NCBI GenBank assembly: GCA_965644295.1
Contig: CBFFRP010000203.1
Coordinates: forward strand, 1-14,584
Direction of reading: 5' to 3'
Source of the DNA: Paraphysomonas bandaiensis
Lineage: Eukaryota > Protista > Chrysophyceae
DNA: 14,584 nt
The notes beneath the pieces are model-generated. The model did no database searches. It was not told the origin of the DNA and saw only the letters and a program-made list of their open reading frames with translations. Below, piece after piece: positions 1 through 9,928 of this stretch. Position 1 is the stretch's first letter; each line of letters opens with the position of its first letter. A program made the position numbers and the translations under genes.

Positions 1-28
1 ATCAACAATTAATTCACCAGCATAGCTA

Positions 29-339
29 ACATACATACATACATACATACATACATACATACATACATACATACATACATACATACATACATACATACAT
101 ACATGCATACATACATACGTACATACATACATACATACATACATACATACGTACATACATACATACATACATACATACATACATACGTACATACATACAT
201 ACATACATACATACGTACATACATACATACATACATACATACATACGTACATACATACATACATACATACATACATACATACGTACATACATACATACAT
301 ACATACATACGTACATACATACATACATACATACATACA

Positions 340-373
<34 letters not shown>

Positions 374-380
374 CATACAT
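29..380. repeat. (CATA)n tetranucleotide microsatellite with periodic CGTA variant units
   Basis: Directly visible tandem CATA run. A>G variants at 105, 119, 151, 187, 215, 247, 283 and 311. The MYVC/HTYI ORFs here are repeat translations. Confidence 0.98.
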
Positions 381-1028
381 TACATGGATGCTCTTAAGAA
401 AATCAACTGCTTTGCTCAATTTTTCTTTTGAGTATATGGCAGGACAATGTTACTATTTTCGATTTTGTAGTAGCTTCATCCGACATGCTCCCAAATCTGA
501 AGACGTGATTCTGTGAGTATCCTGAAATTTCAACTAGCATTTCTTTATATTAAAGCCAATATGGTATGCATTTTAGGATATAGTGGAGAGAATTGACCAA
601 ACGTCGAATCTGTGAAGTCAAAGTGAAGACTTTGAATTTGTAGATAGTTTTATCCACCCTGGGGTTACCCTACCTTAATGCACACTGAATAATTCAATTG
701 TATGATATGCTAGTACTGTGTGGAAGTGTTGATAATTGCACTGTATCTGAATGTTGAGTATACATTGTAAAACATGCTGTATCTTCAAATTATTATTATG
801 GTGAGGCGTTATTATTAACTTGTCACGAATATTAATTAACCTGAATACTGTGTATTATAAAACTTATATATGCTACAATTAGACGTCTCTAACGCATGAG
901 TACCAAGGAATATTTTGTATCACACGCGCACACATCACTCGAATCAGCATGTCGCATTGAAACGAAGCTACAGTTACGTCGTTCGAAACATAATGGTGCT
1001 AAAGCAATACCATATATTCGATTGAAGT

Positions 1029-1913
1029 TTATTTTGCGCTTTTCCTGGCAGCCTTTAAAGGTGTCTGGGCACATAGTACCATTTGATTGTCAGAATTTTC
1101 GCTTTCCCGGGCACGTTTGACATTTGATTGTAATGTCAAATGCGCTTGAACAATAGTAGGCTCAGAGAAGTATTCCGATAAGTTCTCCATTTCATCTTCA
1201 CTCATCTTCATCACAACCGGTTGAAAAAGCGTTCTTACACTTGCAAGGATTTTGGAAACAACTCTTTTCTGTTTAGCACTTTTACCCGTAGGTTTGCACC
1301 TCGTTTTGATGTAGTACTCGTCGGAATCACAAGTCAGAACTTCTGATTCTGTCGTTATAAGAATGCGAGTTTGGTACTTCTTTCCAGAATACTTTTGGCT
1401 GGAAGGAATGCTTTGTTTGACAAGATACAGACCACTGTCGATTTTAAAATATTCCAGTTTGATCCCTTTTGATGTGTTCCGGAATACGGTGTTATCCTCT
1501 GCGACAAGTGACACATTAATGGCCTTGCCATCAATCGTGACAGGTTTTTTAGTGTTGGCATACAACAGCAACATTTCGATTGTCGCATTATCTTTAATGT
1601 TCATATCAGGAATACTGAGCCGGAATTCCTTGTAATTATCAGGTTTCTTATGTTTTACGTACTGCGTACTTTTAGTATCTTCAAAGTTTTTAATCAGAAG
1701 TTTACAATGAGGTACGAAAGGGTTGTTATCCTTCATTTCATATATGTTTTGTGAATCTAAATTTGGAAGTTCATTGCGCATTGTCAATACTAGAGGGAGC
1801 TCTTCCATCACCTCATTACAATCCTCTGAATATGTACTAGGTAAAGATGAGGGCGTCATAGCATCACTAAAATATTCCGATAGTGGTTCCATAAATTCAA
1901 AGTTATTATCCAT
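1029..1913 (-). CDS. Hypothetical protein, ~294 aa, intronless; possible beta-sandwich DNA-binding (transcription-factor-like) domain
   Basis: Long stop-free frame with protein-like composition from the ATG at 1913 (MDNNFEF...). The ORF-track extension to 2201 starts at GTG and crosses TA repeats and palindromes, so it is probably non-coding. Acidic N-terminus, beta-rich core (EMLLLYANTKKPV...SSQKYSGKKYQTRILI...SDEYYIKTRCK), basic NLS-like tracts (KSAKQKR, KAARKSAK). Function is inference only. Confidence 0.7.
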   Translation of the reverse strand: MDNNFEFMEPLSEYFSDAMTPSSLPSTYSEDCNEVMEELPLVLTMRNELPNLDSQNIYEMKDNNPFVPHCKLLIKNFEDTKSTQYVKHKKPDNYKEFRLSIPDMNIKDNATIEMLLLYANTKKPVTIDGKAINVSLVAEDNTVFRNTSKGIKLEYFKIDSGLYLVKQSIPSSQKYSGKKYQTRILITTESEVLTCDSDEYYIKTRCKPTGKSAKQKRVVSKILASVRTLFQPVVMKMSEDEMENLSEYFSEPTIVQAHLTLQSNVKRARESENSDNQMVLCAQTPLKAARKSAK

Positions 1914-2159
1914 TCTTAGTCGTGTATATTTGTGGTTATAGTATAGATATAGTATCTCCACTACTGTGTGATCCAGTGATGCAACAATCCACTCATATAT
2001 ATATATATATACCTGTACACACAGGTATCTACAGGACAGAACATCCATAATATGTCCAGCCAATACTTTCCATGGAGTGGAAATACATACGTATTTTTGA
2101 ATTCTAGGTGTTAGCTCTGCACTCTTTATTGTATATCTATGTATAGGTGTACCATGCCG

Positions 2160-2338
2160 CATGGAGACGTTTTTTGACAAGAAAGTGGACCAGCCCTCCA
2201 CTTGTCGGAGGTCCCACTCCAGCGAAATAAAAAAATTGTGGTCATTTTGACCACAATTTCAAAGCTCTATACTCATGTTCCATACGAAAAAACACAATAC
2301 AAAAAATCTGGTCCGCTTTGTCGAAAAACGTCTCCATG
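2160..2338. repeat. Concentric inverted-repeat element: ~31-34 bp outer arms plus a central 12-bp perfect hairpin (MITE-like or palindromic promoter)
   Basis: 2160-2193 CATGGAGACGTTTTTTGACAAGAAAGTGGACCAG matches the reverse complement of 2308-2338, CATGGAGACGTTTTTCGAC---AAAGCGGACCAG. Central hairpin AAATTGTGGTCA-ttt-TGACCACAATTT at 2233-2259. Confidence 0.85.
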
Positions 2339-2598
2339 GTATACAAGAATACGGCATGCATAATGCATATACAGCAGTATATCCAAAGTGCATTAATATC
2401 ATGCACCATGATATTCACAGTAGTACAATATCTAAAGAATATAAGATGGCTAATATTAGTCATTATTCTTGATGAAACAAGCAAATAATAGCTGTCTAAT
2501 TGTCTTTACATTTCACTAAATGCCAGTGAATATCAATGTTAATCATCTGGTAACGGATGGTGAAATACACTACCGGCGTTTCCTGTCGGGGTTTGCTA

Positions 2599-2786
2599 CA
2601 GTGCCAGAGCAAATGCAGCAGCAAATAAAACGGGAAATGCAACAGGAGCTCCAAGGTATAATAAAGCAAATGTAGCAGCAAACGCAACAAATCCATCAGC
2701 CCTGGCTAATAACATGTGCTGCTGCATTTGCTGTATTACATCTTTGTGCACCTGTCGTAGCTCCTGTTTCATTTGCTGCGGCACTG
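2599..2786. repeat. Imperfect foldback formed by two converging copies of a Gln-rich coding fragment
   Basis: 2659-2680 vs revcomp 2717-2738 match 20/22; 2635-2650 vs revcomp 2759-2774 match 15/16; 2599-2615 vs revcomp 2770-2786 match 15/17. Translations: + VPEQMQQQIKREMQQELQGIIKQM*QQ, - VPQQMKQELRQVHKDVIQQMQQH. Confidence 0.8.
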
Positions 2787-4319
2787 CAGTAATCCCGTCA
2801 TGAAGTGCCAGTTATCGTATCGCAGCAAAAAGCAACTAACGTTTCAGCTAATCTAGCTAATTCTGCAGTTATTGTTGCGAATAGTTCCAGATCGGAAGAC
2901 GGCCTGCTGAAATGACTGCCGTTTTATCCGATATGCGCAAGATGAGCAGGCAATGGCAATGTTATAATACAGTCTTAAGTATTACGATCTTCCTGTTGAT
3001 GACAAATGTACAGCGGGCCTTACTATGGTCACACGGTCGAAATGGGGAAATACTTCTCTTTTCATACTCACTGACGTGAGCACACACCAATATCACCAAT
3101 AGCTGTTTAAACAATAGCACCTCAGCACCTTATTGTGTCTCCTAGTTTAGAACAGACACTTATTTTTGATTCTTTATCATTAAGGTGTCTGTAGCTTAAT
3201 AACACCAGATTTTTTGAACTACATTTCTCTGAATTATTCTTCAGTGTTTAACAGTCAATAACTAAAATTTAGCAGACATCATATTCTAGATTATTACAAA
3301 TAAGTTACACACATCTCGAAATATATCCAATGTATTAGGCGTTATACTCTTGGCTGTTGACAGTGTAAGGTGCACAGTCTACAAAAATTATGCCAATTTA
3401 ATGTGCCATACAACTACTACGTTCCATGATTATTCATTATGATTTGTTATTATGTTTTCATCTCATTTTAATATCTTGCTGTTAAATGTTGTCATTGTTG
3501 GTTACAGGGGTCTAATGCTGTATTATTATAGTCACTTAGTTGATATAGTCATGTGTCCTTCGCCGGTGGATGTTGAGTTCTGCTATATGAGAGCAATTGA
3601 AAGCTGTAGTTATAAGGTATTTAAATTACTGTATTATACAGTTGTAGTCTTGTTAATCGTATTGTGAGAATGAATGACGATAAGCATATAGCGGTAAAAC
3701 GGAATATTGTGACGATGCAAGTTGTAGTGACGATGTAAGATCGTCGTACGAGAAATGAGTGGTAGTGGAGACAACATGATATTGATGAATGATAAGAGAT
3801 ATTGATTATAATTTATAATTCTCAGCATTGAGTATAAGTTACCTTCTGTTGTTAAGTTAATACTTCTCATATTATGTCAAACCTTGACAGTGGACATCTC
3901 CCTCGATTAGGTAAGTGTACCTTATAGTCTACAAGTATCATATGATAAGTTTACGTGATTCTAACCGTATTCGCCAGGGATCTGCTGGACTATTACTGAC
4001 GGGTAGGCGATTATTTCCCTCCTGACCACAGGCACGTTTACTAACTTCTTGGAAATTGTGCCCCATTTCTGCTCATCTATTGTCAATATATATAAAAGTT
4101 TTTAACGCCTATTGTAAATAAAAAGACTTTCAATATATATAAAAGTGTTTCATGTCCACTACAAAATGTTATCTTTATATGACTACTTTAACATGTCTTG
4201 CTTTGTTGTCGCATTGTGATTACAATCTCAACGAAATATGAAATAATTTACAGTTTTCACCTCTAAATGGAGTTGGTCAGTACAGTTGTTATTAAATACC
4301 AGAAATCCTCAATTAATAA

Positions 4320-4725
4320 CTAAAAACTGAGCAGTTCGTTACTTACAATACACCAGGAAAACCAGAAACTTTATGCACACATAAGGGAATATATGCACAT
4401 AAAACTATCATAGACGGAGAATGTGTTACAAGGATTTCTGAAGTAACATTTCTCAGGTTTAATGTAGGGAAAGAAATAACATCAAACATTAACAATAAGT
4501 GGAAATATAATAAAATAAGGCTTAATACTGAACAGATGCGATCACCATCTTCCATATATAAATCCGACAATGAGGTCACTCTTAAATATATTCATAACGG
4601 AATTACGAGAACTGTTCAAATTCCACGGTCTAGATGATGTTTTCTTTACATCAGACTCAAGCCATACATTGCTAGAAGAAGCTTCATTTTTCAATCTGTT
4701 TGATACTTTCGAGCCACGAAGATGA
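4320..4725 (+). pseudogene. Possible degraded coding relic of unknown identity
   Basis: A 105-codon stop-free frame at 4320-4637 with no early ATG (KTEQFVTYNTPGKPETLCTHKGIYAHKTIIDGECVTRISEVTF...) overlaps a second frame at 4570-4725 (MRSLLNIFITELRELFKFHGLDDVFF...). No family recognised. Confidence 0.25.
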
Positions 4726-5542
4726 CCGAATATGTTACCGTATGGTATGTGATTACCCCTACTTCTAGACACTGTTGATACACCACGACGACAAACTCGT
4801 CCAGCTCGAGAATACATTTAATTTCGATAAGATAATCTTATAATACAATCAATTGTATGAGTTAATTGAGTAAACTGATAATGGTATAAGTGACTGGACT
4901 GTATAGCAGCATGATGAAAACAGTTGTGTGTGTATCTATCCCTCATGTTTCTAGTATCAACCAATCAGATGTATGATGACGCTCACTTCCTCCTTTCAAC
5001 TTCCTTTTTCAACCAATCAAATCATCTGGTTTGGAAACATATAAAAAATTTGGGAATTTTTAACGGTTTGATTTTTTGGCGAAGTGTGTATATGATTGTA
5101 TTACGGTAGTATGTCTGTATACTTCACACACTAGATAGCATATCTTAAACAGATTCCAGATAATGTTAATGATGAAAACTGAAAATAAACTGTTGAAATA
5201 GTGTATATTTTGAAATTCAATGAGTATATATACACATCAGTACAGCAGTACTGTACATATGTACAGTGTATCTATACACAGGCTCTGGTAGTATGTATGT
5301 ATATATATATAAGTGTGAGGATGTTACTATATCGTTAATTCATACTTCCATATGCAATAGATCTAATCATTTGCTAGTATATAAGTAGCTATTAGTTTGT
5401 TTGTGAACATCATTTATTCATCTCTAACTGTTACTGTATATATAATCAACGCATCTATCATAACTACCATCCATATATATACATACACACAACTATATAG
5501 ATACATAAGCCACAGCTAATTAATCTATACAAAAAAACGATT

Positions 5543-8320
5543 ATGGACGACGCTATGGATGATTTTCAATGGGTTAACGTACAAGACCCAGTGCGTCATA
5601 TGATAACATCTATTACCAAAGCAGTACGTACACAGTCAGCTGGAATCCGAGATTTGGATCGTAAAATGGGATTTGTGGCTACTAATGATGAACTTCATCG
5701 TACTGTAAGTGACGCAGTTTCGCGATGCTTTTCAAAACAGGTGTTATATTTGTGTGTATATATATATCTATTCTTACCACTGAATCAGGAAGCTTCCCGT
5801 CTCGTAGAGAGTGTCAACAAGAAAGCAGATATCGATGCCGTAGCTGGCATCGAGACCAATCTTATGCAGGTTTCTCATCAGTTAAGCCGTTTAAATGATG
5901 TTCTTCAAGACCAAAACTCCGCTATTCGAGATCTTAATAGTCGTGTTACACGTCTAAGTGAAGAAATGGATGATATTCGAAATCCGAATTATGACCAGAT
6001 ATTCTCTTATGTCGACAAGCAGGTGAGTGCAATTAACCATGTTTATCCATTCATCACTGTTATGTGTCAAGATACATAAAATGCATCAAGATTTTTCAGA
6101 CAAGCTCGCTGTCAAGGCAGACCTAAGAGAGGTCGAGCGAGCCATTCCACTTAAGGTGGACGAAGTTTATCGCACGATTACACAGCAAGTGAACTCACTT
6201 CACAAGGATGTCGCTCGAACTGCTACGAAGGACGAAGTTCTCACGCTTCTTGCCTCAAAGGTAGGTCAGAATGTTTTGCGTGTGCCAGCCTAGCATGGTA
6301 TTAATATTCTTCCTAAATATAGGCTGACGGGTCAGAAGTCAAATCTCTTTTCGCAGACGTGTCGAAATGTGTGTCCAAACAGGATATGCAACAGGCCATT
6401 AGTGCTCAAGTCCGACCTGTCGTTAGTGCGATATCATCCCTGGAGAAAGTTATACAAATACAGGAAGACAGGAAGCATCCTCCCACCCCCGCTCCAGCTC
6501 AGGTGCATTGGTCATATGACAAAATTCGATCTGTAGTTGAAGATGTGCTGCACACAAAGTATCCTCATGTTAATGAAGCTGTGAATAACACCGCACTGGA
6601 TATGGCGCTGTCACAGCACAAGGAGTATCTCATGCAGGAAATGAGCTCCCACGCCGAGTCTGTAAGAGTTGAAACAGCCGCTAGTAATAGAGAACAAATT
6701 GGGGCACTAAGAAAAGTATATGATGGGAAGCTTCATGAACTTTTTTCGGGGTTGAAAGAAAGCAGGTGGGAGCACTCTATACTGCTCATCAGTGTCATTT
6801 GCGTATGTGCCTACGTATATCTGTACACAAGAGTATGCTCACCGTGGCCTTGTATACTTTTAGGGAAGGTGTCAGCAAAGTGCGGAGTGCTGTGAAGGAT
6901 CTAGCTGCAAACGTTGCCAAAGCAGTTGCCAAGAAAGCTGACAGGTCTGATTTTCAGAAGCTGTTAAAGGAGAGTCGAACGCAACGTGACGCTCCGACAC
7001 GAGGTCGAAGTCGTTCTCCTCTGAATGGGTTGTCCAGAGGCGCTTCTCGTGCTAAAGGGAATCGGGATACATATGATGATATGTTTGCTTCACAGAATCA
7101 CTCCCAATACGAGTATCCTATGGAATATACCTCGGAGCAAGAGAAACGAGCAGACCATGTATCTGGAAGTACAGTGAGGGTGCTCACGGAGGAACTGACA
7201 GCATTGAAGAGAGATTTGGATAAAGTCAGTTCTGCCTTCGTAGATAACCGCAGCGAAGTAGCAAAGTTGCGCCAGGACATGCTTTCGTACATTGAAGGAC
7301 TCCGCGACAAAATCACAGCTACGAAAGCGCAGAATGCAACTGACAACGGCACTTCTTATGGGTCATCTTTTGCCGATTGGCGCATGGCGTTGGGCGACCT
7401 TTCATTAAATATTCGTCGCGAAATGAGTGACAAGTGTGGAAGAGAAGAAATGCACAGCGCGATCGGATCTGAGTTAGGTGTACTGGATCAACGAATTTCG
7501 GTACGTACTCCACTGTGTGTTACTGCCTGTGGTTGTTGTATAACGTAGTTTTGTGATAGAAAATTACTGGAGACGTAGCAGGCAAGGCGAGTTGCGATGA
7601 GGTCAGCAAATTGGAAAATGCTCTGGTTGATCTGCGGAGTAAAGTGGCTGGAGAATTGACTGGAGGGAGGTAAACGTCAAATTGTTGTATTGATAACGTC
7701 GATCTATGAATATTGCGTACTATGATGCAGTTCTATGTTAGTCATCTAGACAAGCTGTTGTTCATTGCTAAACGTGCTTTCAGGTGGCTTTGGACGAACG
7801 GTAAAATTGCCAAAGACGGATGGGTCCCATGGGATACAGAGGTCCAGAATGCTGCCCCTGCTGTACTGATTTGGCGCAAAGGATCCACCACTATAACGGC
7901 TAGAATACCGGGGCTGTACAGGTAGTGTGTTCGTGTTAAGAGCTATCTAGCTTGTACTTCTATGTAGTGTACGTGCTTCTTTGTATATTAATTCCTATGT
8001 GTATTGTATGATTTACGGCTATTTGATTTTTTAGAATATGCGGGGCGGTGTTCACATCATTGCCATCTGCACTGCAAATTTGTCTCAATGGTGAACCCAT
8101 TCTCTCTCTACAGCCGGATACGTCCGACCCCAGCACTGCTTCCAATTCTCAGGCTTTAAGGGAAGAGAGATATGTTATACGACGCATGAGACACTCTGTG
8201 GGTGAAGTGACGTGTTTGAGTATTGATGAGTATGTATCTCTGCCTGCAGATTCGCAGTTAACTATGAGATTCCATTCGGCAGCAACTGCCCAGGCATTCT
8301 TCGCAATAAAGAAATTATAA
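5543..8320 (+). CDS. Coiled-coil protein with C-terminal C1q/TNF-like beta-sandwich domain; 8 exons, ~744 aa
   Basis: Exons 5543-5740, 5789-6022, 6072-6260, 6323-6765, 6864-7500, 7560-7669, 7784-7921 and 8035-8320. All introns are GT..AG (48-114 nt), and the exons join in frame (2235 nt) to TAA. Recurrent KAD/KVD/KAS-x-x-E/D coiled-coil motifs. The C-terminus (RWLW...VPWDTEVQN...ITARIPGLYRI...QICLNGEPI...SIDEYVSLPADSQL...FFAIKKL) follows the C1q-like strand pattern. Confidence 0.88.
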
Positions 8321-8926
8321 GAACGTATATTCAGACAGTAGACAATGAGATATAAAGACCATTATTATATGTTTAGTTAGCAGTTAATATTTATCATGTG
8401 TGCCAGAATTGAGCGTACTATATACGTAAATTTCCGTACTAATGCTAAATTCGTATTTGACGCTACAACTCAGTCTCTCGGGTCTGTGGATGCTCCTAGA
8501 CTATGAGAAACCTCAAACACCCTTACGGTGTAAACTTTTACGGTGATATGATGTATGGTAGCATGCTGCCCATATTGTTAGCAATTACTGAATACTGAAC
8601 TGTTTATCTAATGACCATATACTTTCTGTTGAGTTCTGCAGTACGGTGTGATATCCTTACACGTCTATTGTCTATTGCTAACAATAAGACGTTCACTACC
8701 ACGACGCGATACAGATTGTGCAATTGAAGTAAGTAATAATGTGCAATAGGTGAAATAAACTCATAGGCGTAACGGGTAAATATAGTTACAAAGGAAGTAA
8801 ATTCAGTTACTGATGTCTGACGTTCCACTTTGTAATAATAGATACTATCCTAGTGAGGAAAACGTGGGCATCGTTTTTGAATCATAACGCAGGGAGGAAA
8901 CACACAAGAATATGAAGAGCACTTAA

Positions 8927-9865
8927 TCATTGTTGTGAAACTATACGTTCAGGAAAATCGAGTTGATACCGCTCCCTAAACATCACCTTGATTTCATCAA
9001 ATATCCTGCGGAAGTGCATCACGTTCGGTGGATCCCGCTCCACCCACAACGCATTGAACTCTGTGAAAACATCACAGTAAATTTCATTTACTCGTTTGCA
9101 TCCCAGTGAAACTAATACTTCACATTCTGATACCCCCCCCACTGCATCAGTCTCATACTGAAGCATATTTCCCTCTAGAACATTAAGAAGACTACGAGAT
9201 AGTCGAAACTCTGATAATAATTCATATACAAATGCTGTAATATTCACTCCTGTTGCAGCAAAGGGATAATATCGTCTATGATGAGTTGAATCCGATAATA
9301 CTTTTCTTGCATCATTCGGACGATTTGTTGCAAAAAATACAAGTTGATGAAGTGCAAGTAAACCCATACCTCTAAAATCAGTTGATGGATCAGTACCTTG
9401 AAATCCTATATCGCCCCAGTCTTTGCAGGGACCATCAGATGATCGACGAATATTTGGCATCATAGAATTCCATAAACTATTTAATAATTCTATATCATTT
9501 GAATTCATCCAATTAAATTGATTATTTTTTAAATATTTGATTTGTATATATATATTTTGTATATATCTGATAGAATGTAAACATATACGTGCATTACATT
9601 CAATTAAATGATACTTTAATGAAATTTTTTTAATATGAAATATTTCTTGAATTGATTTTTTTATATCAATTAATGTATATGTAAGTATAGATTTTTTAAT
9701 ATGAATTAATTGTTTTGATTGGATTATACTCGACATCAATTGCAGTGTCATATACACTGTATGTTGAGAGTGTTGGAGTAGACGTTCAATTTCACTTTTC
9801 TTTGTCCACCAATGAATTATGTATTTTCGTATTGAACGGATATTATCATGGATATTGATGATCAT
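8927..9865 (-). CDS. ELMO/CED-12 domain protein (ELMOD-type, putative Arf/Arl GAP), ~312 aa
   Basis: Signature WGDIGFQGTDPSTDFRGMGLLALHQLVFF with the conserved GAP arginine, plus YPFAATGVNIT and FNALW...NVMHF motifs. Start placed at the ATG at 9865 (MIINIHD...), because the ORF-track extension upstream is microsatellite. Confidence 0.92.
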   Translation of the reverse strand: MIINIHDNIRSIRKYIIHWWTKKSEIERLLQHSQHTVYMTLQLMSSIIQSKQLIHIKKSILTYTLIDIKKSIQEIFHIKKISLKYHLIECNARICLHSIRYIQNIYIQIKYLKNNQFNWMNSNDIELLNSLWNSMMPNIRRSSDGPCKDWGDIGFQGTDPSTDFRGMGLLALHQLVFFATNRPNDARKVLSDSTHHRRYYPFAATGVNITAFVYELLSEFRLSRSLLNVLEGNMLQYETDAVGGVSECEVLVSLGCKRVNEIYCDVFTEFNALWVERDPPNVMHFRRIFDEIKVMFRERYQLDFPERIVSQQ

Positions 9866-9928
9866 TGTGACTTCAGATGTTGTTAAGATGGAAGTTCCTA
9901 ATAATGATGAGGACAAGTTAGTTGTAAA

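Noticed and set aside
105-330. Periodic repeat as a CRISPR-like array or telomere
   Set aside because: There are no unique spacers and no cas genes, the context is eukaryotic, and the unit is not a G-rich telomeric repeat.
9-516. ORFs encoding (MYVC)n or (HTYI)n, also at 9819-10307
   Set aside because: They are translations of a stop-free tetranucleotide microsatellite, not proteins.
470-680. Possible TGA readthrough or alternative genetic code (DIVERIDQTSNL*SQSEDFEF...) and TAG-for-Gln at 2673
   Set aside because: The intact genes contain no in-frame stops and end in TAA or TGA. These cases are better explained as pseudogene decay or chance.
1863-1892. Resemblance of EPLSEYFSD to the p53 transactivation motif (EPPLSQETFSDLW)
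   Set aside because: Too short, and it lacks the FxxLW core; this is not evidence of homology.
1914-2201. 96-aa N-terminal extension of the orphan ORF
   Set aside because: It starts at GTG and runs through TA repeats and palindromic promoter-like DNA.
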